Positions 50,869-64,000 of a stretch of DNA of 64,000 bases are shown one piece after another. The stretch is from Rhynchobatus australiae (lineage: Eukaryota): the NCBI GenBank assembly GCA_034780895.1, contig JAUZTB010000027.1, positions 33,535,719 to 33,599,718 on the forward strand, in the 5' to 3' direction. The position numbers were made by a program, and so were the translations under genes. Within the stretch, counting starts at the first letter, position 1; every line of letters starts with the position of its first letter. Below the pieces are notes generated by a model. That model made no database searches. It saw nothing but the letters and a program-made list of their open reading frames with translations, and had not been told where the DNA came from.

Positions 50869-53800
50869 TTTAAGGTAAATAATATCGGTAGTTTTCCAAG
50901 TCAATGGGAGCACACATAAAGAACATAACTACACTCCCCAAAATGTTCCATCCATCATAATAAGAAATCATGTAAATGCAGAATCTAAAGCATTTCTCCC
51001 ATTGCATTTCTCCCAAGCAAGATTGTGATGAGATTGTGAACACTTAGACATATTCCAAATGCTTCTGAAAAAATCTATTTTTATTAGTTTAACCTTGTTA
51101 CATTTCCTGGAGAATTATTTCATCCTCCAGTGTTAATATTCACTCTCTAGGTTGATTCTGATGGATGCACACATGCTGACAATCCCAGAGATACAAGTTC
51201 AGATCTGGCTGTGAAGCTGGAAAATTCAAATTCAGTGAACTAAATAAACTGATTTTATGTAACAATACACTAGCATTACTTTAGCACTGCCTAATAAGGC
51301 CTTTAGCACTACTAAGGTGGATACAATTCTAGGTAAGTATTCCTTGGCAAAGAATGCATAGAAAGTGTGNNNNNNNNCTCTGCAATTTTGAATGCTGTAA
51401 AGTATTGTGAAAATGAGGTCTATATTTTCACTCATATGCTTCACCTCCTTACTGTGAGGTTTGTGCCTAGTCCTGGTTTGGGCTTCAACCTGACTGCATG
51501 TATGGCAGGATGCACTGTAATCACAAAGCAGCTAGTATAATGAAGTAAAAACACAAGAGTAATTTAATTGTACAAGCCTTGCAGCAACATTTATGTAGTT
51601 GTTGGTTTGGAAGTTCCCATTTGCTCCCAGGATCAACTAAATGCCTATATTGGTATGCCGATATCAATTTAATTGTCATTACTGTTAGTAAAAATAAACT
51701 GTTTCAGCATGCAGCTTCAAAAGAATTTACTGTCTCACTTAAAAACTGTTCCACATCGTGAGATCTGGATGGTGTGACTTTCACCTCAGTTATGTGGGTC
51801 AGATGTTATGAGTTCATTTTGTTTTTATCCAGTCACTCAGCATCACTAATGCCAGAAAATATCCACAAGTTACCCTGGTTGTTAAAAAGTAGTCCACAGA
51901 CGTCTTCCTTTGGTTATTGATTCATATGTAAACTGCTATTTCTACTTGATGGCTATAAGGTTTTCTTTATTATTTTACTGGAAATAAATTTGTTTTCAAC
52001 CAAGATATGTTAAAGTACACAATTAAGGTGAGATTTTAAACTTAAATGATCTTGACCAAGACCATTAATTATAACCTTGTAAGTCTTTTGTTAACTTTCT
52101 AAACTATGGCTTTGTTTTAAAGCAACAGATTCAGCATACGTTGTGCTGGAAGAAACCATTGTAGCACATTCGGGCTTTGGGGTGGTCCTTCTTGGAATTT
52201 ATTCCCAAATCTTTGATACATCACATTTAGGTGCCCTCCTGTGAGCTGCACCAGTTGTTTCTCCTTTTGGCTCTCATGCTCCAGTATAGCTAATTATGTG
52301 TTAATTGGTGCACTATAATTTGCCAGTTCACTCTGTGTGCCTGTTCCATGATTCCATGCAATAAGCAGTGAAAACTGTTGATTTAAAGCACAAAGGTACA
52401 GGCAACAGGAACTTCCGGTTCTCAGATAAATGGCCAGATATTTTATAATTATTTTTAAGGGAAGTCTGACAATAATAATAAATGGTCTTTTTGATCAAAC
52501 TGACAGTGAAAGTGGAGATTTTCTTTCTCATGATTGATTTACTTTTCATACGTAGAACTATTTCAGACTCTAATGCTGATTTTCTTACAATTTCTTTGAC
52601 TTTTTATGACATGCCAGTTAGATAATTCCTAAAAATGATAATTAAGACATTTCTTTCTGCTTTGTGATTAATGAGCCTTTTATTTTAGAGATCTAGAGGC
52701 ATAAACATATGCTTACCAACTCCCTTAATACTTCTTGTTTTGCATTCAAAGGAATATTACTTATCTTTCACCATTTATTACATGAGGAAATAATTATCTG
52801 TGCAACAGGGAGGCCAATTTAACTGAGATGCTTATTTCTGTTCCAAATCCACAAGAATTTCAATTTGATAATTGTCTGTGTATTTGCATTCTGTTTTGTG
52901 TTATCATAGTCGTTCATACAAACATGATCAGTGAAACTAATGTTCACTGGTAGCAATATGGAGCACCTGTTTTTTTTCGCTGCTGATACACTGGTTTTAT
53001 GAAGCTTTGGTTGTATCATTTCACAAAGCTGCTAACTGTTTCCTTACCTCTGGAAATAGAGTATGCAAATATGTGGCTAACATTTTCAGTCTGATGAATA
53101 TATGTTGCTCTTGGATTTAATTTTATAGAGCTAACATTATAATGCTATTTTCACCTTATTCCTCAATACTTTTATGCATCACAATGTATATTTGCCCAGC
53201 ATAGATCCAACAGCAAAGCTATCTTACCTCATGGGTTAGATTAAAGTTTTTTTAAAATTTTCATCTATTTATTTGGAATGTTGTTTGCAAATGATAAATA
53301 GTTGGAAAGGTATCTTACAAGAATGCAAAGGCACCAAGAACTCATTTGAGGACTCAGAGTCTGAGACTAATCTTTAAATTTCATTAAAATGTACCTGTAC
53401 TTTATACCTTTGTTGCCACTAAGTAATAAATCTAAACATTTTGTAATGAGTAAAGGACACATAATTGTGGCCAAGGTAGAACAGATAACTGTAGGGGTAG
53501 TGATAAAACATCAGGTAAGTGGATATAAATTGGAACAACAATTTGGGGGTGGGGGGGNNNNNNNNNNNNGGTGGAGATTGATTAGATTCTCACTTCTTTA
53601 AGCTGTCCAGTGTCCTTGATGGAATTCCACACACGGATGGTGAGTGAGGATGGGATTGGACTTGGAAAGCCTGGCAAAGTTGAACAGCGAGCCACACTTC
53701 ATACATGAAGTACAGTCACTTCACTGGGTTAAGGAACAATATATTTTTCAGAAGAAAGGTAAAAGCTGAGAGAAAAAAAACAAAATGACTCACCAGTTTG

Positions 53801-56259
53801 TGGAATTTTTTTTTGGCTGTGGATTGGATCTTTTTACCATTTTGATAAAACAATTTGATTTTGAAGCTCAACAATACATTGTTTGGCTACCATTAAACTA
53901 CTGCTAATGCACAGAACAATTCTCACTGTTAATAACAGCAAGATCTTTGAATACAAAGTTTATTCACAAAACCTGATGTGTCCATTAGTGGCTCTGTAAA
54001 GAATTGCATGTGGAGAGCTGACATTTTTGTTGGCAAAATGAATTAACAGCTAGCATTATACAGATAAGAAGTTTTGAAAACATATTTCATCATTCTATTT
54101 TGGGAAATCAAACAATTTCTTTGGCAGAGTCTTCAAATGATATGCAAGAATTTAACACTATACTGCATTTTACAGTAAAACTTTGCTAGAAGAGCTGCTC
54201 AACAATTACAATATTCTATATATTTAGTGTGATTCATATAACAAGAGGGCTCAAATAATTTCACTGGAGTTTTGTGAAATGGATTTTGATGCCAATGAGA
54301 TATTAGGACAAATNNNNNNNNNNNNNNNNNNNNNNNNNNNNNNNNNNNNNNNNNNNNNNNNNNNNNNNNNNNNNNNNNNNNNNNNNNNNNNNNNNNNNNN
54401 NNNNNNNNNNNNNNNNNNNNNNNNNNNNNNNNNNNNNNNNNNNNNNNNNNNNNNNNNNNNNNNNNNNNNNNNNNNNNNNNNNNNNNNNNNNNNNNNNNNN
54501 NNNNNNNNNNNNNNNNNNNNNNNNNNNNNNNNNNNNNNNNNNNNNNNNNNNNNNNNNNNNNNNNNNNNNNNNNNNNNNNNNNNNNNNNNNNNNNNNNNNN
54601 NNNNNNNNNNNNNNNNNNNNNNNNNNNNNNNNNNNNNNNNNNNNNNNNNNNNNNNNNNNNNNNNNNNNNNNNNNNNNNNNNNNNNNNNNNNNNNNNNNNN
54701 NNNNNNNNATATTATGTCATCAACTCTTAAAGGCAGTTTGTCTCTTTGAACATTCCCTTCTTCAAACATTCCTTCCATTGGATAAGAAGGCAAAAAGACC
54801 TAGAGAACTGAGCCAAGCCTTCTCTCAGTTCTGAAAAATGTGGTCTCATCAAGGTGATAATGAACTTCATGGTGTGATTTTTCACTCCTGAGGAATGTTG
54901 GTACATGTATAATAATTGTCCACAATTGAGGATTATAAAATTATAAATAGCTACTAAGTGTGCACAGAATTGTTAGCTTACTAAATTTATGTGCTTAAAT
55001 CTTTTAAAAAAATGTGTCTGTACATTACTGGTTAAGTCTTACCATGCTATATTAGACTGCCAAGGTAATAAGCTCGAGAAAAAGGTAACTGAGTCATGAT
55101 CATTGTAAAGATTACAGATGGTTATGGTCAGAGGCTAATCCAATGGCATCACTTTGTACATCAACAACTTAATATTGCATAGGCATTATTTCAAAGGATC
55201 ACAAAGATAATAATCCATTATTGGGGTCATTAAATCAGAAGGTTCAAACTGTATGCAGATACCCTTACTTGCTTTTATACATTACATCTACTTTAGTGTT
55301 TAACTGTAATGAATTGTTTCATAATCGATTCCATCTTCTTTCCATTAGCAGACTTCAATGTTCTCAAATCTGTGGAGAGAACTCATTTTCCAGAGTTTTA
55401 ATCATTGAAAAAGTGAACGCCTAATTTGTTAAATTAAATGAGTCATGTTCATTGAGGCAAAAATTCAATGTATCATGCCAAATTAGGTTTATTTTAATAA
55501 ATCACATCACTCTTTTCCTATTTATATATGCCTATAAGGAAGTACAAACTGCAAATAAAAGTGTGTCTCACAGGCACTTAAGAAACCACATTGTCCAAGA
55601 TGCAAACAAAACTGCCTCTAGCAAATGTCTTCAAAAACTCAGTTTTAATGCATATGTTATTTCTCTTTAATTGATATCTATTTTAAGTATTTTCCATTAA
55701 TATTATTAAACTATAAATGTTTCCCCAGTTTATTGGCTACTCAATGCAGAGACCAATTATTTCAATTTACTTGAATTTAATAGCCTTTGATCTGCTATAA
55801 CTATCCACATACAAGTATGATTCTTTAAACAGTTCTAAAAAAAATGTTCTAAGTATGAGGCATCTATAGGTGCCTACAACTATTTTCAATATTTAATTTA
55901 TAAAATTTGCATGCATCAAAGGAAAGCAGAACTGAGATTTAATNNNNNNNNNNNNNNNNNNNNNNNNNNNNNNNNNNNNNNNNNNNNNNNNNNNNNNNNN
56001 NNNNNNNNNNNNNNNNNNNNNNNNNNNNNNNNNNNNNNNNNNNGAGATTTAATGTGCATAAAACAGTCATTAGCATTTTAAAGAGGCATATTAACACATT
56101 AATCCAGGCTTTGCTGTGCAATTTTCATACTCTACCACTATTAAAAACTTCACAGTGTGAAACTCTTAATGAAGCTAATCATAAGGTTTTATTTTCTTTC
56201 TTACTTAAGTGATAAAGGCAATATAAAAACTTACAATTGGTGTGCTAAATATACTGTAC

Positions 56260-56265
56260 TTTATT
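56260..56265 (-). promoter_or_regulatory. Candidate polyadenylation signal for RPGRIP1L
   Basis: AATAAA on the minus strand ~310 nt after the stop codon, followed ~20 nt later by CA and a U-rich tract (ttgtaagtttttatattg). Other AATAAA hexamers lie nearby (56188-56193, 56571-56576). Confidence 0.4.
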
Positions 56266-56571
56266 AAAAATTAAGTATTCATTTTACGTATTACGTATGT
56301 AAAAAAGGTTCACAAATGTAAATGATGCAGATCATTCAATCACTTTGTTATTAATTGTTAACAAAGTCCTGTGCAAGGGTGAGTATTTAATGGTGTTAAA
56401 TAAAAGGCAGAAAAACAAGTTCATTGGAATGAATGCAGAACTAGGAAAACAAAAGATGGAAATATAGAAACTCAAATAATTTTTATACTTTCTACTGTGC
56501 ACACAAATAGAAGTGAACTCATTGTTATCTGTATTACAAGCCTGAGATTATATGTGGTTTTCCAGTTGTCT

Positions 56572-56669
56572 TTATTTGTTCTCTTCATTTACTGAGCGCA
56601 ATGCCTCCAGTGCTTCCACTGTCACCTTTAATTTGCCAATCACCAATGTACTGTCCTGGGGATCGACAA
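56572..56669 (-). CDS. RPGRIP1L: Terminal coding exon of RPGRIP1L (end of the C-terminal C2/RID domain)
   Basis: Minus strand has a polypyrimidine acceptor tctgatttctttgcag (AG at 56670-56671), 2 nt completing a split codon, then VDPQDSTLVIGKLKVTVEALEALRSVNEENK-TAA. This matches the recalled vertebrate RPGRIP1L C-terminus (..GIGKLRVTVEALHALQSVY..) better than RPGRIP1 (..IGRLKVSLQAAAVL..). The upstream exon (FTVVSDPP..ECEDIG) was not found in the window. Confidence 0.9.
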
Positions 56670-57889
56670 CTGCAAAGAAATCAGAATACCATGTCCTAAA
56701 TATTTATTGTAGGGTGCCATGGGAACCACGTGATTTAGTATATTTGTTTAATGATCTGAACAAATCTTAATCTATTTGAAACAAGACATATACTTTTCCA
56801 TAAAAAAATACAAATTTAATAGCTACACATTTTATTGCGTTTTTGGTCCTCCATTATACCGAGGATGACAGCAATAGGTAATCCGAGAGATTTTGCACTC
56901 TGCAACATGAAGCAATCAAGTCAGAAAGCAAAGCCAAATGAAAGATAAAAATATTATTTCTTTCCCTCCAAACAATGTTCCTTAACTCTAAAATTGGATA
57001 GAGGATATTTTTCCACAAGAATGATATCTCTACTCATTTCCTGCCATCATAATTGGATCTGAAAAGGGCCAATCTACATATTAAATAGAATTGCAACTTT
57101 GGTTATGGTCAGGTACCAGTAGTGAGATTCTAGAAGTAGTTGAAAAAAAGAAAAACATGTGTACAGTGCTTTTCATGATCCCTTGCCATTGCAAAAAGAT
57201 TTACAGACTATTTAGTATTTCTTGAGCTACAAGTCCTGGAAACACAACAGACAATANNNNNNNNNNNNNNNNNNNNNNNNNNNNNNNNNNNNNNNNNNNN
57301 NNNNNNNNNNNNNNNNNNNNNNNNNNNNNNNNNNNNNNNNNNNNNNNNNNNNNNNNATATGTGGGAGGAAAGGGTTAGATAGTGTGAGGTGTGGTTTGAT
57401 GGGTGGCACAACATGGTGTGCCGAAGGGCCTGTATTGTGCTGTATTGGTCTATGGTCTATCAGGTAACTAGTTTTAGATGCTGGTTGAGGGATAAGGTAA
57501 ATCTGCAAAAAGCCCAGTGCTGTAGCACATAACTGATAAATAGCTAACCAACTAAGTTGCCTGGAAATTGTGATTTTCTGGAAAATTTAACAAGATACTT
57601 TGAGTCATGAATTGCACGTGCATGGATCAGCCATGTTCCATGTCAGACATGTGCACAATGACACCATTCCTCATGCAATGCTCATTTAGAGCATTGCTGA
57701 AAGAAATTAGGCTATGTTGTTCTGAAACACATCTATACTTGGATGTTTTCAGCGCAATTAAGGTTTAATAACATTGTTGCTCTACAGCATCTTGATTTAA
57801 AAGGGACCCTCTTGCACAGGTTCCAGCCTGAAATGGGGAACCAATTCAGGTGGATCCCTTTTATTTATGTACTTATTGCCTCTCTTTTA

Positions 57890-58145
57890 AGCTTCTCCAT
57901 ACTGCTGACTGCCAACCTTTTCAAACTCAGAATCTTCGCTGGACAACCTTTCCCCCATCCCAGAACCACTGATCACATCGCCAATTACTTGACCTCTTCC
58001 TACCTCACTTCCATCAATGAATTTCACTACCCCCAAGCAACAATCATCCCACATGACCTCCAGGATCCAGTTACCCAAACCTCCAATTATGATTGCCTGA
58101 CTCCCCAGGCCTGATCACTTGACTCATTCCCTAGTCCACAATAGT
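57890..58145 (+). mobile_element. Penelope-like RT N-terminal fragment, old
   Basis: acctcttcctacctc (TSSYL)..ccccaggcctgatcacttgactcattccctagtccacaa resembles PLE ..PQPRxARFYLLPKIHK. Confidence 0.45.
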
Positions 58146-58324
58146 TTGCCCGATTAATCAACAAACCCCAGCCCTAATCTTACCCATTTTCCTTTTTGGC
58201 TCTGGATTGGTATTGTGTGTGCATTCCTTGTGTAATGCTGATTCAGTGTTTCCTAATAACTTAAGCCTTTATCCTCAGGAGCTACTGTTTTAGTAAGTGG
58301 GCAAGTTCATGTAAAGTATGAGTG

Positions 58325-58896
58325 ATTAACATATTGTACAAGATGTTGGTAAGGCCACACTTGGAGTATTGTGTACAGATATTGTGTACACCCTGTTATA
58401 GGAAAGACATCATTAATCTGGAAAGAGTGCAAAGGAGATTTACGAATGGTGCCAGGACTCAAGGGCCTGAGTTATAGGGAGAGGTTGGCCCGGCTAGGAC
58501 TTTATTCCTTGGAGGAGACGAAGGGGTAACTTTATAGAGGTGTATAAAATCATGAGGGGCATAGATAGGATGAATGTCCAGAGAAGGAGAACTGAGAACT
58601 AAAAACTAGATGGCATAAGTTTAAGGTGAGAGGGTAAAAATTTAAAAGGGACCTGAGGGGCAACTTCTTCATGCAGGGGGTCGTGCGTAAATGGAACGAG
58701 CTGCCATAGAAAGCGGGTTGAGGCAGGTACAATAACAACATTTAGAAAACATTTGGATAGGTACATGGGCAGGAAAAGTTTAGATGGATATGGGCCAAAT
58801 ACGGGCAAATGGGCATAGCCTAGGTGGGCACCTTGGTCAGCATGGATGAGTTGGGCCAAAGGGCCTATTTCCATGCTGTGTTACTCAATGACTCTA
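58325..58896 (+). mobile_element. CR1/HER1 LINE 3' end, young
   Basis: [35 protein letters not shown], a GGHKFKVRG-like region and a well preserved tail ..ttgggccaaagggcctatttccatgctgtg..actcta. Confidence 0.9.
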
Positions 58897-59479
58897 TATC
58901 TTTGCTTTACTCAATGTACTTCCCACATAACTTGCTAATTAAAGTGAAATCAGGAATTTAGTTGGATTGAACCTGTGCAAAGAAAGAAGATGGTGCTATG
59001 ATACTTAAAATCAGGAGACAACAATAAACTAAATATAGAAATAAAGGATTAAAAAAAAGGTTAATTTGGACTTGAGTTAAAATTAAAGAATTAGAAGACA
59101 CCAATATTAAAATGAGTCCAATTGCATTTAAAAAATGTAGACAAATAATTAATGAGTCAAGGGGAGAGTAAAATAAAAAGATAAATAAAAATGAAGAATG
59201 TATTCTAAAATCAAGTCAAATCAATTTACTTGATTAAGTGTTTTTACTTAAGTTACTTCTCAAGTACCTCTAATATATCTCGAAGTAAATTACTGTGAAC
59301 AATATATTCTCAGAAAGAAAGTACATGCAAGTGTCACAACTATAATATGCTGGACTCTGTGATTTGTAAAACCACCTGCAATTCTCCATCTGCAGTGAAT
59401 GTCTTGAGTTGAGTCACTCCAGTTCATATTTGAGCTGGATTGTAAATTCGGGACAGTCTGAAACATAAGGAGAGGAATT

Positions 59480-59860
59480 TCTAGTTTGTTTCCCTTAGAG
59501 ATATACCTCAGGAGGCAGTGCAAGTGAAAGATGGGGTGAGTAAGGGAAAATGGAAGAGGGAAGGAAGTCTCAAAAACACATGCCCTACCCAACATGTATA
59601 ACGGAAGGATACGGAGAAAGACTTTGATATGGATAGCCAGAATTCTCACCTTGGTACTGTGGGGCAAAGGGCTTTCCAAAGTGGAGAACCAGAATATAAT
59701 TGAGGTGGTTAAAGGGTTTTTAATAATTGGGGAATGGGTGGCATTTACTGCAGCCACATCAATAGTTCTGGAGTGAGTGGCATCTTACTTGAGGTAAGGG
59801 AGATCTCAATGCAGCTGGAAAGGAACTTGGATAGATGGAGAAAGATCCTAGACATTCATA
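59480..59860 (-). mobile_element. Possible Penelope RT C-terminal remnant
   Basis: Plus-strand gtggcatc..atgcagctggaaaggaacttggatagatggagaaagatcc resembles the antisense of PLE IPFSQFLRLRRICSDDATF. Very decayed. Confidence 0.35.
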
Positions 59861-60219
59861 TTCATTTAAAAGCTAAAATAAAATAAATAATCAATTAAAA
59901 CAATATTAACTCTTCTAAAAAAAATTCACCAAAAATACTTTTAAATCATTAGAAATCCTAATGCAAATACAAATTATTTCAAAAATAACTTCCTTCCAAG
60001 TCTAACCAGATGCTGGATCTGAGGGTGGATGTTCAAGCTTAAGTGTTGGAGGATCTCAGCAAACTCCTGCTCCATCACTGGACTCCAAGTGGAGCCCAGC
60101 TGCAGAGTGCTGCCTCACAGTTATTAGCAGTGTTTATCCCGTAGGTTTAAGACTTCCGTCATTTCAGCAGGCTGAGTATCAAGATCTGTCACTTTACTTC
60201 CCTGTGTTTTATTTCTATT

Positions 60220-60650
60220 TTACATAGCCAAATGCAGGTTGCCAAATAACATCAAAGAGAGCAATGGTCCCAATACTTACTGTTTGGGAAACATCACAGT
60301 TTACTTCCTTCTGGTTGAAAAACAGTCATTCATCACTGACGTCTGCATTTTTTCCTCAGCCAATTTTGTATTCACACTGCAGCTGACACTTTAATTTATC
60401 TAATATGTTGTACTTTATCAAAGAAGTACCTTGAAAATCTACATTCACAACATCAGCTGCAATATTTTCATCAATGCATCCTAGTTTTATTACAGAACTC
60501 AATCAAATTAGTCAAACATGAGTTGTCTTTAAGAAATTTAGGATTTTCATTCATTAGCCCACATTTTCCCAAATATCAGTTCATTCTATCCTGGACTTTC
60601 TTTTCTAAAAGTTTTCTTACTATGGACACTAATTTAATTCTCTCAACTTC
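60220..60650 (-). mobile_element. CR1 RT remnant, antisense
   Basis: gagagcaatggtcccaatact..gggaaacatcac (antisense of GVPQGSVLGPL), aaaatctacattcacaacatc, aactcaatcaaattagtcaaacatga (antisense of SCLTNLIEF). Confidence 0.7.
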
Positions 60651-61135
60651 TTAAAGAAAAAAGTTGGCATTACTAATTTACTTTATCTAATTCTTTTAAT
60701 AATATTCACTTCCTCTTAGAACAGTAACATCATGCATTATTCTGAGTACTCCCAGACCTCAGATCATGTTGTATTGCAGGTGAATGTTGAGTGCTATGCA
60801 ACAATTCAAGGTGAGTTCAATTTCTCACTTTGACAATGCACTTAATTTTCACTTGCTCTACTTCCTTTTTAAGCCAACCAACACTGAAGATTCACTCTGT
60901 GTGTGCATGTGCTGGGGACGCTGGGGGGTNNNNNNNNNNNNNNNNNNNNNNNNNNNNNNNNNNNNNNNNNNNNNNNNNNNNNNNNNNNNNNNNNNNNNNN
61001 NNNNNNNNNNNNNNNNNNNNNNNNNNNNNAACACTGAAGATTCACTCTGTGTGTGCATGTGCTGGGGAAGCTGGGGGGTAATGGAATTATAGGGTCAACC
61101 TGGTCCCTTACATACATGAGTGGTGAAAACCTGTG

Positions 61136-61811
61136 CACAATCAGTTCCTTGGTCTTATTGACGTTGAGTGCGAGGTTGTTGTTGTGACAACACTCAACCA
61201 GCCGATCTGTCTCACGCCTGTACATCTCATCGTTGCAGTCTGAGATTCTACCAACGACAGTGGTGTCATTGGCGAATTTAAAGATGGCATTTGAGTCATG
61301 AGTGAAGAGAGAGTAGAGCAAACACTCTTACAAATTTCTACGGATGTACAGTGGAGAACATTCTGACTAGTTGCGTCACAGTCTGGTATGGAGGCTCCAA
61401 TGTGCAGGACTGCAAGAGACTGCAGAGGGTTATAGATTCAGCCAGCTCCATCACAGGTACAAGCCTCCCCACCATTGAGGGCATCTTCAAGAGGCAGTGC
61501 CTCAAGAAGGTGGCATTCATCACAAGAACCCTCACCATCCAGGACATTCCCTCTTCTCATTACTACCATCAGGGAGGAGGTACAGGCCCAAAGACCCCGA
61601 CTCAATGATTCAGAAACAGCTTCTTTCCTTCTGCCATCAGATTTCTGAATGATGCATGAACACATGAACACTACCTCATTATTCCTAATTATTTCTTGCA
61701 CTATTTATTTTTTATAACTTGTAAATTTTTATGTCTTTGCACTGTACTACTGCTGCAAAACAACTGATTTCACGTCATATGTCAGTGATAATAAATCTGA
61801 TTCTGATTTTG
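61136..61811 (+). mobile_element. Rex1/Babar LINE with inverted 5' segment
   Basis: 61321-61811 is the plus-strand 3' end with its tail. 61136-61320 is an inverted RT segment (FKFANDTTVVGRISD..NNLALNVNKTKELIV). Confidence 0.88.
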
Positions 61812-61984
61812 AATTACCTGGCTTTGTTTAGAAGTCACAAACTATGACTCACAGGTGAGTGGGCTATGAACTGAATGTTGTCTTTCTTTTAGCTTCAACC
61901 TGTCAGGAGAACCAGGAGTAGGCAACAAACACAGGCATAGTGTGCTGAGAGTAAATTTTAAAAGCCTCATAAGAGAAGGTTTCC

Positions 61985-62400
61985 AGCTGTGGCACATTGG
62001 TTAGCACTTCCAAATCTTGGAAGAATCCATGCTTGCATTCTGCTCTGCAGAGTTGAGCATAGAAAACTCAAGGCTGATACTCCAGTCCAGTACTGAGGGA
62101 AAGCTGCACTGTCAGCAGTATCATCTTTTGAATAAGATGTTAAACTGGAAGCCCTCTGTTCTCCTGGGTGGATGTAAATGATCCCATGAAGCTATTTTAT
62201 CGAAGGGTAGGGGACTTTACTCTGTTGATTTGGCCTACAATGACCCCCCTCTAAGTATCATAAATCAAAATTATATTTTTATTACTTTATTGCTATTTAT
62301 GTGTGTGAAAATTCACATCCACATTTCCTACAACAAAAATACTTAACTGCCTTCACAACACTTGACGTCTAAAAAAAAGGAATGTGAATCTCTACTGTTC
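61985..62400 (+). mobile_element. Deu-domain SINE (SacSINE1/AmnSINE1-related)
   Basis: aggctgatactccagtccagtactgagggaaagctgcactgtc..gatgttaaactg..ggtggatgtaaatgatcccatg. Confidence 0.75.
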
Positions 62401-64000
62401 TTTAATCTTTTAAAAGCTGGAATTCAAAGATGTGAAGGATGCTTTTCCATGTAGTCTTCAAAATATAGCAAGCACAAAAACAAAGCATAATTAGTGAACA
62501 ATTGGTACAGAAAAGCCAAACTTAACTTGGAAAAAAAACTTAGAATCGGGAATCAATGCTTCCATCATCATGAGGTCACAAAAGGCATGCGCAATATATC
62601 AGCCATTTTCCTATTTTATCTTTAATTGAACATCACTTTAATGGAAGCAGAGCTGCTTGCATGTGCAAGAACAGCTTATCAATAAGTCAAAATAGTTATT
62701 TTTAATGCAGGTTTTGCTCTTTCTTCTTTTGCTCCCACATACTACGCAAAAATAAGAAAAGATGCCATTTTCTTTATGCTTTTCACACAGCTAATGCAGA
62801 AACATGGAAATGCACTTAGAAAATACATTTCTGATTGCAGGCAGTATAAAATGTACTTTAAAGATATAACAAATAGCCTGTTGTATTTTTATTAAATAAT
62901 TACAACTTCAGATAAGTTGATGAGAAGAAAATTTGATATAGATAGAAAGGCCCTACATTGTCTCAATGTATCATGAATTTATAAAATATATAGTCCCAAT
63001 AGGCTTAGTGCTTCAGTGGAATCCGGAATTGGATGAATGGTTTAAACAATATTCCATTGTTGACAGAAGAATATACTGGAAATATATTTCCAATTTTTAT
63101 CTTTAGTTTGATTCATTGAAAACTTTCCCAAATAACTAACTTGCACAAATCTCAGTGGTGTTTTATAAAGGCTTTATCATATCCAAAATCTTGATTAATT
63201 TTCAAAGTCCATATACTGGGAAGAACTGATTTCATTAAGTGGTCTTTATTACATCATTTACTATGTGATATAGAAGAAATCACCACTGGCCGTTAACTCA
63301 TTCCAGAGAGCAATGTCTTCAATGATTTATGTCAAAAAGCAATAAAATAAAAGGTTATGGCTTGCTGAGATCACAAAGATAAAACTATTGTCTTTCGCTG
63401 TGCTTACTGCATTGAATGACTGATAGATAATGTGTGTCAATGTAAGTGTCAGTGTCACAAGAATACCATAAAACAGACAAGGGGGAAGACTTCCTAAATT
63501 CACTATCTGTAGCAAAATTATACACAAATATATAAAAAAACATGTTTGCTTTTACAGAAAATCATAAACAAGAAACATCTATTTCCATTGTCAAGGATTT
63601 TCTGCTGGCTGTGTTGGAAGCTTTGCCCTTGGAAACTACTTATACGTTTGACCATTAGGGCTGGGAGTGTAGGTCTTTTGTAGCCATTGACTACATCATG
63701 TTAAACATAAGCCTGCTGGACTTTTTCAGATTGGTAGACAGGAGGACCTACATTATTACTGACTTTTCATGGCTGTTGTTCCCACCAGGGCAATGGTTCT
63801 GGTGCATTTCACAGAATCACCTGTAGAATCTCTGCATAGATATAATGTCACAAAGCTAAGATGTGACCTTCCCCACANNNNNNNNNNNNNNNNNNNNNNN
63901 NNNNNNNNNNNNNNNNNNNNNNNNNNNNNNNNNNNNNNNNNNNNNNNNNNNNNNNNNNNNNNNNNNNNNNNNNNNNNTGACCTTCCCCACAAATGTGTAG

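Noticed and set aside
60880-61079. ~50-bp direct repeat flanking a 100-N gap; similar duplications flank gaps at 2111, 21976, 27061, 28733, 34736, 55944 and 63878
   Set aside because: Near-identical sequence on both sides of fixed-size gaps is a scaffolding overlap artefact, not a biological repeat or TSD.
57000-64000. Penultimate RPGRIP1L exon (FTVVSDPP..ECEDIG..)
   Set aside because: Searched by eye on the minus strand and not found. It probably lies beyond the window or in a gap.

Overview
AT-rich eukaryotic DNA from a gapped draft assembly, almost certainly a cartilaginous fish and probably a ray. This is inferred from the repeat families present: CR1/HER1-like, L2, Rex1/Babar and RTE LINEs, HE1/V-SINE and Deu-domain SINEs, and Penelope pseudo-LTR fragments. 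Only one host coding segment is supported: the last coding exon of RPGRIP1L on the minus strand (56572-56669). The rest is the ~56 kb region 3' of that gene (the AKTIP side in other vertebrates, by synteny inference) plus part of its final intron. Almost all ORFs in the supplied track are transposon debris or chance frames. Notable items: (1) several decayed minimal hammerhead-ribozyme motifs in Penelope-derived repeats, including a tandem pair and an insertion with a 16-bp target duplication whose empty site survives 1.7 kb away; (2) a cluster of PIF/Harbinger fossils, including a Myb/SANT-like gene followed by a cryptic 42-bp/14-aa coiled-coil repeat; (3) a nested Tigger-like MITE, 200-bp inverted repeat and solo LTR; (4) a Rex1 LINE with a twin-priming-like 5' inversion; (5) co-oriented CTCF motifs and enhancer-like motif clusters. 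Repeat boundaries are approximate and family names come from motif recognition, not a database search. I found no convincing evidence of a wholly new biological system.
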